From Acidimicrobiales bacterium (GTDB lineage: Bacteria; Actinomycetota; Acidimicrobiia; Acidimicrobiales; VFJN01), in the NCBI GenBank assembly GCA_036275535.1, contig DASUDP010000124.1, positions 20,625 to 84,624 of the forward strand: a DNA stretch of 64,000 nucleotides, written 5' to 3'. Shown here piece by piece: positions 43,307-51,767 of this stretch (within the stretch, counting starts at the first letter, position 1; the number at the start of each line of letters is the position of its first letter). The notes beneath the pieces are model-generated. The model saw nothing but the letters and a program-made list of their open reading frames with translations. It was not told where the DNA came from and made no database searches. The translations under genes and the position numbers were made by a program.

Positions 43307-46213
43307 ATGGCCGACGCGAGCAACGAGCAGGACACCCCGCGGGAGGACCGCATCCCGCCGCACCGCTACACGGCCGCCCTCGCCGCCGAGGTGGAAGCCC
43401 GCTGGCAGGCCCGCTGGGACACCGCGGGCACCTTCCACGCGCCGAACCCGACCGGGCCGCTCTCGGAGGGCTTCGATCGCGTGGCGGACCGCCCCAAGCT
43501 CTACGTGCTCGACATGTTCCCCTACCCGTCGGGCGCCGGTCTCCACGTCGGGCACCCGCTGGGCTACATCGGCACCGACGTGTACGCCCGCTACAAGCGG
43601 ATGACGGGCCACAACGTCGTGCACGCCATGGGCTACGACGCCTTCGGCCTCCCCGCCGAGCAGTACGCCGTGCAGACGGGCCAGCACCCGCGTGTCACGA
43701 CCTACGCCAACGTCGCCAACATGCGCCGCCAGCTGCACCGCCTCGGTCTGGGCCACGACGAGCGGCGGTCGGTGGCCACGACCGACGTCGAGTTCTACCG
43801 ATGGACGCAGTGGATCTTCCTGCAGATCTACGGCGCCTGGTACGACACCGACGCCGACCGGGCCCGCCCGATCGCCGAGCTCGAAGCCGAGCTGGCGGCC
43901 GGCACCCGCCAGCCGGCCCCCGGCACCAACCCGACGGGGCGGCCGTGGGCCGAGCTCGACGAGCTCGAGCGCCGGCGCGTCGTCGACGCCCATCGCCTGG
44001 CCTACCTGAACGAGGCGCCGGTCAACTGGTGCCCCGGCCTGGGCACGGTCCTGGCCAACGAGGAGGTCACCGCCGACGGCCGCTCCGAGCGGGGCAACTT
44101 CCCCGTGTTCCGCCGACCGCTCAAGCAGTGGATGATGCGGATCACCGCCTACGCCGATCGCCTCCTGCGCGACCTGGACCTCCTCGACTGGTCCGACGGC
44201 ATCAAGCTGATGCAGCGCAACTGGATCGGCCGCAGCGAAGGCGCAGAGGTGACGTTCCCCACCCCGGTCGCAGCGTCACCGATCTCGGTGTTCACCACCC
44301 GGCCCGACACCCTCTTCGGCGCCACCTACATGGTGCTCGCCCCCGAGCACCCCCTCGTCGACGATCTGGTGGCGACGGAGTGGCCCGCTGACGTCGATCC
44401 CCGATGGACGGGCGGGGCGGCCACGCCCGAGGCGGCAGTGGCCGACTACCGGGCGCAGGCGGTCCGCAAGAGCGAGCTCGACCGCCAAGCGGAGGACCGG
44501 GAGAAGACCGGCGTCTTCATCGGCTGCTGCGCCACCAACCCGGTGAACGGCGAACCGATCCCCGTCTTCATCGCCGACTACGTGCTGATGGGCTACGGGA
44601 CGGGCGCCATCATGGCGGTGCCCGCCCACGACACCCGGGACTTCGAGTTCGCACGAGCCTTCGGGCTGCCCATCCGGGCGGTCGTCACGCCTCCTGCGGA
44701 CTGGCCGGCCGACGCCGAGCAGTGGGCCGAGGCATGGACCGGCGACGGCGTCGGCGTCAACAGCGCCAACGCGGACGTGACCCTCGACGGGCTCCCCGTC
44801 GCCGAGGCCAAGGCCGCCATCACCGCCTGGCTCGAAGCCCAGGACCTCGGGCGCGGCACCGTCAGCTACAAGCTGCGGGACTGGCTGTTCTCGCGCCAGC
44901 GGTACTGGGGCGAGCCCTTCCCCATCGTCTACGACGAGCACGGCCTGCCGGTGGCCCTACCCGAGTCCGAGCTCCCCGTTCGGCTGCCCGAGGTGGACGA
45001 CTACACCCCCCGCACCTTCCCGATCGACGACAACACCTCCGAGCCCGAGCCGCCGCTCGGCCGGGCTGCGGATTGGGTGGAGGTGACGCTCGACCTCGGT
45101 GATGGCCCGAAGCCCTACCGCCGGGAGCTGAACACGATGCCCCAGTGGGCCGGGTCCTGCTGGTATGAGCTGCGCTACCTCGACCCCACCAACACCGAGC
45201 GGTTCGTCGACCCCGAGGTCGAGCGCTACTGGATGGGGCCTCAGACCGACGGCGACTGCGGCGGCGTCGACCTCTACGTGGGCGGCGTGGAGCACGCCGT
45301 GCTGCACCTGCTGTACGCCCGCTTCTGGCACAAGGTGCTCTTCGACCTCGGGCACCTCAGCTCGAAGGAGCCGTTCCGGAGGCTGTTCAACCAGGGCATG
45401 GTCCAGGCGGCCGCCTACACCGACGAGCGGGGCTTCCACCGTGAGGCCAGCGAGGTCGTCGAGCGCGACGGGCGCTTCTTCCACGGCGACGACGAGGTCC
45501 GGCGCGAGTTCGGCAAGATGGGCAAGTCGCTCAAGAACGCCGTCACCCCCGACGAGATGTACGACGAGTACGGCGCTGACACGCTGCGGCTGTACGAGAT
45601 GTTCACCGGTCCCCTCGACCAGAGCCGCCCGTGGGACACCAAGGCCGTGGTCGGCGTCTACCGCCTGCTGCAGCGGATCTGGCGCAACGTGCTCGACGAG
45701 GAGTCAGGCCAGGTGCGGGTGGCCGACGTCACCGCTGACGACGACACCCGCCGGCTGCTCCACAAGACGATCGCCGCCGTGCGCGACGGGATGGAGACGC
45801 TGCGCTTCAACACCTCCATCGCCCGCATCACCGAGCTGAACAACCACCTGACGGCTCGTTTCCCCGACGGCGGCGTGCCCCGCGAGGTGGCCGAGCCGAT
45901 GGTGCTCCTCCTCGCTCCCCTGGCCCCCCACGCGGCCGAGGAGCTGTGGGCCCGCCTAGGGCATCCGGGGTCCCTGGCGTGGGAGGCGTTCCCCGAGGCC
46001 GACCCGGCCCTGCTGGTCGAGGACACCATCGAGATCCCCGTGCAGGTCAACGGGAAGGTCAAGGCCAGGATCCAGGTGGCAGCGGGGCTCTCCCAGGAGG
46101 CCCTGATCGAGGCCGCCCGGTCCGACGAGGCGGTCAGCGCCCTGCTGGCTGGCAAGACGGTCCGCAAGGTCATCGCGGTCCCCGGCAAGCTGGTGAGCTT
46201 CGTCATCGGCTGA
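43307..46213 (+). CDS. leuS: Leucine--tRNA ligase
   Basis: HVGH (HIGH-type) motif in [22 protein letters not shown] (KMSKS-type) motif, CP1 editing domain. ATG 43307 was chosen inside track ORF 43217..46213. Confidence 0.95.
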   Translation: MADASNEQDTPREDRIPPHRYTAALAAEVEARWQARWDTAGTFHAPNPTGPLSEGFDRVADRPKLYVLDMFPYPSGAGLHVGHPLGYIGTDVYARYKRMTGHNVVHAMGYDAFGLPAEQYAVQTGQHPRVTTYANVANMRRQLHRLGLGHDERRSVATTDVEFYRWTQWIFLQIYGAWYDTDADRARPIAELEAELAAGTRQPAPGTNPTGRPWAELDELERRRVVDAHRLAYLNEAPVNWCPGLGTVLANEEVTADGRSERGNFPVFRRPLKQWMMRITAYADRLLRDLDLLDWSDGIKLMQRNWIGRSEGAEVTFPTPVAASPISVFTTRPDTLFGATYMVLAPEHPLVDDLVATEWPADVDPRWTGGAATPEAAVADYRAQAVRKSELDRQAEDREKTGVFIGCCATNPVNGEPIPVFIADYVLMGYGTGAIMAVPAHDTRDFEFARAFGLPIRAVVTPPADWPADAEQWAEAWTGDGVGVNSANADVTLDGLPVAEAKAAITAWLEAQDLGRGTVSYKLRDWLFSRQRYWGEPFPIVYDEHGLPVALPESELPVRLPEVDDYTPRTFPIDDNTSEPEPPLGRAADWVEVTLDLGDGPKPYRRELNTMPQWAGSCWYELRYLDPTNTERFVDPEVERYWMGPQTDGDCGGVDLYVGGVEHAVLHLLYARFWHKVLFDLGHLSSKEPFRRLFNQGMVQAAAYTDERGFHREASEVVERDGRFFHGDDEVRREFGKMGKSLKNAVTPDEMYDEYGADTLRLYEMFTGPLDQSRPWDTKAVVGVYRLLQRIWRNVLDEESGQVRVADVTADDDTRRLLHKTIAAVRDGMETLRFNTSIARITELNNHLTARFPDGGVPREVAEPMVLLLAPLAPHAAEELWARLGHPGSLAWEAFPEADPALLVEDTIEIPVQVNGKVKARIQVAAGLSQEALIEAARSDEAVSALLAGKTVRKVIAVPGKLVSFVIG

Positions 46214-46224
46214 CCCGGGCGACA

Positions 46225-46255
46225 TTGGCGGGGCTCGCCACGGGTTCTGTAGAGT
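46225..46255 (+). promoter_or_regulatory. Candidate tRNA-Ala promoter (TTGGCG-19 nt-TAGAGT)
   Basis: TAGAGT lies 12 nt upstream of the tRNA 5' end. The spacer is long, so support is weak. Confidence 0.25.
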
Positions 46256-46267
46256 GACCGGTCCCAC

Positions 46268-46340
46268 GGGGCTATAGCTCAGTTGGTAGAGCGTCTCCAT
46301 GGCATGGAGAAGGTCAGGAGTTCGATTCTCCTTAGCTCCA
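46268..46340 (+). tRNA. tRNA-Ala (anticodon GGC)
   Basis: Cloverleaf folded by hand: acceptor GGGGCTA/TAGCTCC with the G3:U70 alanine identity pair, D arm GCTC-AGTTGGTA-GAGC, anticodon arm TCTCC-ATGGCAT-GGAGA, T arm AGGAG-TTCGATT-CTCCT. CCA is not encoded. Confidence 0.9.
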
Positions 46341-46346
46341 CCCCGT

Positions 46347-46373
46347 GAAGGCCCGCCGATCCGGCGGGCCTTC
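46347..46373 (+). terminator. Hairpin downstream of tRNA-Ala (terminator-like, no U-tract)
   Basis: GAAGGCCCGCC-GATCC-GGCGGGCCTTC, an 11-bp perfect stem. Confidence 0.5.
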
Positions 46374-46550
46374 GTCGCGCTCACGCCGTAGAGCCCTTCG
46401 CCCCTGCCGGACCCCTGCCTTCGGGGGTACAAGCGGAGGTGCAGGTGACATCGAACGGAGGTGTCGGTGATGTCGACATCGGCACGGCACGGTAGGCCCC
46501 ACCGGGGCGCGACTCGGGTCTCGCACCGGTCGCAGTCGGAGGCCGCCAGC

Positions 46551-46769
46551 ATGACCGCCTACGGCGTGGCCGTGTGCCTCGTGGGCCTGGCCATGACCTA
46601 CGGCGAGCTCACGGCCTGGAACTCCATGGTGGGCCTCGTGCCGGGGATCATCGCGTGGCCAGCCATCGCCGCCGTGGGGCTGGCCCTGGCGATCGCCGGG
46701 CGCGTTCAGGCGGCGGAGTCGGCCCAGTCGACCCGGGGGACGTCGGCCCAGAGGCGCTCGAGGTCGTAG
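46551..46769 (+). CDS. Small two-helix membrane protein (72 aa), hypothetical
   Basis: GGAGG lies 9 nt upstream of ATG 46551. Almost every codon ends in G/C. Two hydrophobic helices. The last about 64 nt overlap the convergent rsfS 3' end. Confidence 0.45.
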   Translation: MTAYGVAVCLVGLAMTYGELTAWNSMVGLVPGIIAWPAIAAVGLALAIAGRVQAAESAQSTRGTSAQRRSRS

Positions 46770-47167
46770 AACTCGCGCTGCTCCTGCTGGAACACGTGCA
46801 CGACGAGGTCGCCGTAGTCCATCAGCACCCACTGGCGGTCGGCCAGGCCCTCGATCCGCTTGGGCTTGGGGCCACCCGCTTCGTGGAGCTGCTGCTCGAT
46901 CTCATCGCACACCGCCTTGACCTGGCGCTCGTTGTTGGCGCTGGCGATCACGAACCAGCCGCACAGGGCCAGCACCTCGCCGACATCGAGCACCAGGACG
47001 TCCCGCGCCTGCTTGGCGTCGGCCGCCCGAGCGGCGGTGATGGCCCAGTCGCGTGGGTCGTCGAGGACGGGGGTCGCTTCGGCGGTGGTGGGCGGCAGCT
47101 CGCTCAGGGGTGGCTCCTTCAGGTCCGGGGCTCGGTCACAGGTCGGCGCCCAGCACGATGGTGACAT
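46706..47167 (-). CDS. rsfS: Ribosome silencing factor RsfS (Iojap family); start uncertain
   Basis: DAKQARDVLVLDVGEVLALCGWFVIASANNERQVKAVCDEIE...DYGDLVVHVFQQEQREFYDLERLW. The only canonical start upstream of the conserved core is ATG 47167. CTG 47107 with a GAAGGAG Shine-Dalgarno is an alternative. Confidence 0.85.
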   Translation of the reverse strand: MSPSCWAPTCDRAPDLKEPPLSELPPTTAEATPVLDDPRDWAITAARAADAKQARDVLVLDVGEVLALCGWFVIASANNERQVKAVCDEIEQQLHEAGGPKPKRIEGLADRQWVLMDYGDLVVHVFQQEQREFYDLERLWADVPRVDWADSAA

Positions 47168-48473
47168 CGAAGGAGTCGATCGGTCGAACGTCCTCGATGA
47201 CCTCCCCCGCCCCGAGGTCGCGCTGGATGCGCTCCGCCGCCCGCTTCTGCTCCGGCTGGTGGTACCTGATCTGGGTGGTCTCGTAGTCGAAGCTGTCGGC
47301 GTTGCCGACGACGACGATCGATGCATCCGACGCCACCACGGCGGGCGCCACCCGTCCCACGTGGTCCCGGTCGCCGGTGCCGTCGAGCAGCCGGACGAGG
47401 GTGCGGGGCGCGTTGCTCGTGCCGGTGGGGTACGGCACGAGGGTCACGACCAGGGCCGACCGGGAGGCGGCGTCCACGGAGAAGACCGTGTCGCCGTTGT
47501 CGCTCGTGCCCTCGTCCACCGGCATGGCCAGCGTCTCGTGCGACCCGGCCGCGATGCCCCGCACGAAGCGGCTGAGCCCGGTGTCGAGCTCCCCGGGCAC
47601 GGCGCCCGGTCCGGCCTCGGTCACCCGTTCCAGCCAGGCGTCCCAGAAGATCTCCTGGCGGGTCAGCCGGGCCAGGTCGCTCTCGTTCCGACCCCTGGCC
47701 CGCAGGTACGGGCCGACGTCCCCGGGCTCCAGCTCGATGGGGCCGCGGGGGAAGCCGGGCACGGCGTCCGGGTTGTCGATGGCCAGGGGCGCAACGGGGC
47801 CGACGAGCTCAGCCCACCTCGCGTCGTCGACCTGGACCAGCTCGCCGATCCCCACGCCGGCCACGTTCTCGACGACCGCCCGCATCTGCTCGGGCCCGGC
47901 CCCGCCGAAGGCCTGGGCGATGGCGAGCGTGCCCGCGCTCCCCGAGCCGATCTCGGTGTCGGGCGGGATGAGCAGCACGCCCCCACCGGCCTCGTCGGAC
48001 CCGAGGGACAGCACCGCCACCCCCTCGAGCAGCCCGTCGTGGACGTAGGTCAGCGCGAGGGTCGGCGTGGGCTCGAGGAACCCCTCGAACCCGGGTTCGT
48101 CGGGGGTGGCGCTGGTGACCGTGCGGCCCGTTCGGCTGTCCCGGAGCGTCGAGACGCCGAGCACCGTCAGCCCCGCCGCCGCCACGATGCACACGAGGAG
48201 AGCGCCCGCGAAGGTGAGCAGCCAGCGCCGTGACGGGCGGCCGGGTGCTTGGGTGCTGGCGGCAGCTCCAGCGGGTCCCCCAGGGCCGACAGGAGGGCCG
48301 TCGGCCTCCGGCGGGGCCTCGGTCGTGGCGGTCGTGGCGGCCCGGGCGGCCCGGCGGGCGGCTCGTGCGCCCGTGCCCCGCTCCGGGAGCTCCAGGCTGA
48401 GGCCGTGCAGGGCCCGGGGCCCGTCCGAGCGGCCGTCGCCGGCCCCCGTGGTGTCGTCCGAGGGGAGGGTCAT
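47136..48473 (-). CDS. Membrane-anchored LCP-like / LytR_C-domain protein
   Basis: N-terminal disordered region plus a TM helix. Central region with an LCP-like layout (VLSLGSDEAGGGVLLIPPDTEI...). C-terminal LytR_C-like VRLLDGTGDRDHVGRVA...VVVGNADSFDYETTQIRY. ATGA overlap with nadD. Confidence 0.6.
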   Translation of the reverse strand: MTLPSDDTTGAGDGRSDGPRALHGLSLELPERGTGARAARRAARAATTATTEAPPEADGPPVGPGGPAGAAASTQAPGRPSRRWLLTFAGALLVCIVAAAGLTVLGVSTLRDSRTGRTVTSATPDEPGFEGFLEPTPTLALTYVHDGLLEGVAVLSLGSDEAGGGVLLIPPDTEIGSGSAGTLAIAQAFGGAGPEQMRAVVENVAGVGIGELVQVDDARWAELVGPVAPLAIDNPDAVPGFPRGPIELEPGDVGPYLRARGRNESDLARLTRQEIFWDAWLERVTEAGPGAVPGELDTGLSRFVRGIAAGSHETLAMPVDEGTSDNGDTVFSVDAASRSALVVTLVPYPTGTSNAPRTLVRLLDGTGDRDHVGRVAPAVVASDASIVVVGNADSFDYETTQIRYHQPEQKRAAERIQRDLGAGEVIEDVRPIDSFDVTIVLGADL

Positions 48474-49063
48474 CGAGGGTCCTGGTAGAGGCCCAGCGCC
48501 TCGATGCAGTCCACGACCTCGTGGGTGACGAGGTAGTCGAGCGGCCGGCCCTCGACCACCCGCTGCCGCAGATCGGTGCTCGAGACCTCGAGGTGGGGCA
48601 CCTCCACGTCAACCCAGCGCCACCCCGCCGGGGGCTCAGCCGGCTGGGCCCCCGGGCGTTCCACCACCACGATGGTGGCGAGGTCCCGCACCTCGTTGGC
48701 CCGCTCCCACGTCTCGATGCCGGCAGCGGCGTCGGCCCCCAGCACGACGAACAGCTCGCGCTGCGGATCCTCGGCCTGGAGCGCGGCGAGGGTGTCGGCG
48801 GTGTAGGAGAGCCCCCCGGCGTCGATCTCGATGCGGCTCGGCTCGATGCCCGCCACGTCGGCCACCGCGGCCTCGACCATCTGCAGCCGGGCCGCTGCCG
48901 GGCTGATCTCCCGGTTGCCGACCTTCTGCCACGGCAGGTTGTTCACGACGAGCAGCACCCGGTCGAGGTCCAGCTCGAAGCGCACGTTCACCGCGGTCAC
49001 CAGGTGCCCGATGTGAGGCGGATCGAAGGTCCCCCCGAAGATCCCGAGCCGCTCCGTCGCCAT
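48470..49063 (-). CDS. nadD: Nicotinate-nucleotide adenylyltransferase
   Basis: LGIFGGTFDPPHIGHL (HxGH motif) and ISSTD-type motif EVSSTDLR. Confidence 0.9.
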   Translation of the reverse strand: MATERLGIFGGTFDPPHIGHLVTAVNVRFELDLDRVLLVVNNLPWQKVGNREISPAAARLQMVEAAVADVAGIEPSRIEIDAGGLSYTADTLAALQAEDPQRELFVVLGADAAAGIETWERANEVRDLATIVVVERPGAQPAEPPAGWRWVDVEVPHLEVSSTDLRQRVVEGRPLDYLVTHEVVDCIEALGLYQDPR

Positions 49064-49269
49064 CCGGGAAACCTATTCCGTCCACTGGTCACGTCGGTCT
49101 CGTACCTGTCGGAGAGCCCGCACGAGCGCTCCCGCCCGTGACATGGGTCACCGCCCACCCGGGAATCGTCAACCGGCGGGCCTGGTTGGGCGGATTTGCC
49201 CTACGCCGATGGTGGAAATTCGCTTCCCCTGGGAAGAAGGCCCGGGTACCAATCGTTGGAGAGATTGCC

Positions 49270-50100
49270 ATGACAGATTCCGTTGGTCAGTACCTGAACG
49301 AGATCGGCCTCGTGCCGCTGCTCACCGCCGCCGAGGAGCGTGAGCTCTCCCAGGCCGTCGAGGCCGGGGTGAAGGCCCGCGCCGCCATCGAGGCGGGCGA
49401 CGACACCCCCGAGAACCGCCGCCTGGCCCGCAAGGGCGCCCAGGCCAAGGACCGCTTCATCCGCGCCAACCTGCGCCTCGTCGTGTCCGTGGCCCGGCGC
49501 TACCCCCTCCCCCCGGCCATGGAGCTGCTCGACCTCGTCCAGGAGGGCAACCTCGGCCTGGAGCACGCCGTCGACAAGTTCGACTGGCGCAAGGGCTTCA
49601 AGTTCTCCACCTACGCCACGTTCTGGATCCGCCAGGCCATCGGCCGGGCCCTCGACCAGAAGGCCTCCCTCGTGCGGCTCCCGGGCGACCGCTCGGCCAG
49701 CCTGCGGGCGGCGCTGCGCCAGGTCTCGGGCGACGGCGACGAGCTCGACGACGAGAACGCCCGCCTCTACCGGCTCACCACCCCCACCTCCCTCGACCGC
49801 GTGGTCGGCGACGACGACGGCAGCGAGCTGATCGACCTGATCGCCGACGACAAGCCCACCCCCGAGGCCCAGGTGGTCCACGCCGAGGACCAGGCCCTCG
49901 TCGGCGACCTGCTGGGCGTGCTCGACGATCGGGCCCGCCACGCCGTCGAGCAGCGCTTCGGCCTCCACGACGGCCGCAAGCGGAGCTACCGGGAGGTCGG
50001 CGAGGAGCTCGGGGTCACCGCCGAGGCCGCTCGACGCCTCGTCAAGCGGGCGGTCACCGCGGTGCGTGAGGAAGCGCTCGCTCGCAGCGACGCCGCCTGA
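49270..50100 (+). CDS. RNA polymerase sigma-70 family factor, principal-like (group 2-like) lacking region 1.1
   Basis: Region 2: RANLRLVVSVARRY, DLVQEGNLGLEHAVDKFDWRKGFKFSTYATFWIRQAI. Region 4: SYREVGEELGVTAEAARRLVKRA. ATG 49270 with GGAGAG upstream. Confidence 0.85.
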   Translation: MTDSVGQYLNEIGLVPLLTAAEERELSQAVEAGVKARAAIEAGDDTPENRRLARKGAQAKDRFIRANLRLVVSVARRYPLPPAMELLDLVQEGNLGLEHAVDKFDWRKGFKFSTYATFWIRQAIGRALDQKASLVRLPGDRSASLRAALRQVSGDGDELDDENARLYRLTTPTSLDRVVGDDDGSELIDLIADDKPTPEAQVVHAEDQALVGDLLGVLDDRARHAVEQRFGLHDGRKRSYREVGEELGVTAEAARRLVKRAVTAVREEALARSDAA

Positions 50101-50146
50101 TCGACGCTGACTTTCCCGTAGCCGAGCCACCCCCGGAGGGTCCAAG

Positions 50147-50329
50147 ATGACCCTGAACGCCGGAGCCACCTACCGCTCTGGCGTGCGAAGCCGTGGCACC
50201 GCCCGCTCGCCCGGCTTCCTGTCCGGCCAGCCGCCCCGTCCGCGAGGCGGCTGGCCAGCGTTTTGGCCGCCTCACCGGCGCAACCGGCTTTGCCTCAGGC
50301 TCGCCCAGCGGCGAGGCTTGACGGCGTGA
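50147..50329 (+). CDS. Candidate 60-codon upstream ORF / leader peptide of aroG
   Basis: GGAGGG lies 6 nt upstream of ATG 50147. 49 of 60 codons end in G/C. The stop TGA overlaps the aroG GTG (GTGA). The ORF spans the 50225-50264 terminator and encodes W-P-A-F-W across its 3' arm and T-tract. Confidence 0.35.
   Translation: MTLNAGATYRSGVRSRGTARSPGFLSGQPPRPRGGWPAFWPPHRRNRLCLRLAQRRGLTA
50225..50264 (+). terminator. Rho-independent terminator between the sigma factor gene and aroG
   Basis: GGCCAGCCGCC-(10 nt)-GGCGGCTGGCC (11-bp perfect stem) followed by AGCGTTTT. Confidence 0.7.
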
Positions 50330-51669
50330 GCACGACCTGGGCCCCCGACTCCTGGCACCGCCGCACCGCGGCGCAGCAGCCCCAGTGGGGCGACGCCGGC
50401 GCCCTCGACGCCGTCCTGAAGCAGCTGTCGACCCTCCCGCCCCTGGTGTTCGCCGGGGAGGCCCGGGCCCTCACCACGGCGCTGGCCCAGGTGGCCGACG
50501 GGAAGGCCTTCCTCCTCCAGGCCGGAGACTGCGCCGAGTCCTTCGACGCGTTCTCCGCCGACAACATCCGGGACTCGCTCAAGGTCATCCTGCAGATGGC
50601 CATCGTCCTCAGCTACTCCTCCGGCGTGCCCACCGTGAAGGTGGGCCGGATCGCCGGCCAGTTCGCCAAGCCCCGCTCGGCCGACACGGAGCAGATCGGC
50701 GACCTCGTCATCCCCTCGTTCCGCGGCCACATGGTCAACGACATCGCCCCCACCGCCGCCGCCCGGGTGCCCGACCCCGAGCGCCTGCTCCAGGCGTACC
50801 ACCAGTCGGCGTCGACCCTGAACCTGCTGCGGGCGTTTGTGAAGGGCGGCTTCGCCGACCTGTCCCAGGTGCACCAGTGGAACCAGGAGTTCGTCGCCTC
50901 CAGCCGTGAGGGCCAGCGCTACGAGCGGCTGGCCGAGGATCTGGACCGGGCGCTGCGGTTCATGAAGGCGTGCGGGTTGGACTCCACGACCATCCCCGCG
51001 CTGCACGAGGTCGACTTCTTCACCAGCCACGAGGCGCTGATCCTCGGCTACGAGGAGGCCCTCACGCGGCAGGACTCGCTCACCGGCGACTGGTACGACT
51101 GCTCGGCCCACATGCTCTGGATCGGCGAGCGCACACGACAGCTCGACGGCGCCCACGTGGAGTTCCTGCGGGGCGTGCAGAACCCCCTGGGGTGCAAGAT
51201 CGGCCCGTCGGCCAGCCCCGAAGAGGTGCTCGACCTGTGCGAGGCGCTCAACCCGGACAAGGTGCCCGGGCGCCTCACCCTGATCTCCCGCATGGGCGCC
51301 GACACCGTCGAGGATGCTCTGCGCCCCCTGCTGGCTGCCATCCGCGACGCCGGCCACCCGGTGGTGTGGGCCTGTGACCCCATGCACGGCAACACGTTCA
51401 CCTCCGAGGGCGGCAAGAAGACCCGCCACCTCGATGCCGTGATGCGGGAGATCGCCGGGTTCTTCGCCGCTCACCGGGCCGAGGGGACCTGGCCCGGGGG
51501 CGTGCACGTGGAGCTCACGGGCGCGGACGTCACCGAGTGCCTGGGCGGCGCCGAGGAGATCCTCGACGCCCACCTCGACGAGCGCTACGAGACGATGTGC
51601 GACCCCCGCCTCAACGGCCGCCAGTCCCTCGACCTCGCCTTCCGGGTGGCGGAGCTCCTCCAGCGCTGA
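50326..51669 (+). CDS. aroG: Class II 3-deoxy-7-phosphoheptulonate (DAHP) synthase
   Basis: AAQQPQW, KAFLLQAGDCAESF, RIAGQFAKPRS, HMLWIGERTRQLDGAHVEF and CDPMHGNT are class II DAHPS motifs. GTG 50326 was chosen because the TTG 50263 alternative lies inside the terminator. Confidence 0.85.
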   Translation: MSTTWAPDSWHRRTAAQQPQWGDAGALDAVLKQLSTLPPLVFAGEARALTTALAQVADGKAFLLQAGDCAESFDAFSADNIRDSLKVILQMAIVLSYSSGVPTVKVGRIAGQFAKPRSADTEQIGDLVIPSFRGHMVNDIAPTAAARVPDPERLLQAYHQSASTLNLLRAFVKGGFADLSQVHQWNQEFVASSREGQRYERLAEDLDRALRFMKACGLDSTTIPALHEVDFFTSHEALILGYEEALTRQDSLTGDWYDCSAHMLWIGERTRQLDGAHVEFLRGVQNPLGCKIGPSASPEEVLDLCEALNPDKVPGRLTLISRMGADTVEDALRPLLAAIRDAGHPVVWACDPMHGNTFTSEGGKKTRHLDAVMREIAGFFAAHRAEGTWPGGVHVELTGADVTECLGGAEEILDAHLDERYETMCDPRLNGRQSLDLAFRVAELLQR

Positions 51670-51678
51670 GCCCAATAG

Positions 51679-51717
51679 TTGACCTGCTGACTCAGGTTTG
51701 CCAGTATTCCTGAGTCA
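51679..51717 (+). promoter_or_regulatory. Candidate sirA-cysH promoter (TTGACC-17 nt-CAGTAT) overlapped by a 9-bp inverted repeat operator
   Basis: TTGACC at 51679-51684 and CAGTAT at 51702-51707. Inverted repeat TGACTCAGG (51688-51696) / CCTGAGTCA (51709-51717). The segment is locally AT-richer and lies 50 nt upstream of the sirA ATG. Confidence 0.45.
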
Positions 51718-51767
51718 AGTGGTCAGGTTTTCTCTGGCCGGCCCCAACGCAAGCCGAGGCGACCCGC

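Noticed and set aside
46268-46769. tRNA-Ala 3' flank as an integration site of a genomic island.
   Set aside because: The downstream genes (rsfS, LCP-like, nadD) are conserved housekeeping genes. There is no integrase and no visible repeat of the tRNA 3' end within the window.
50263-50325. TTG 50263 as the aroG start, as in the track ORF 50263..51669.
   Set aside because: It lies inside the T-tract of the upstream terminator, and the added 21 residues resemble nothing in class II DAHP synthases. GTG 50326 is preferred but remains unverified.
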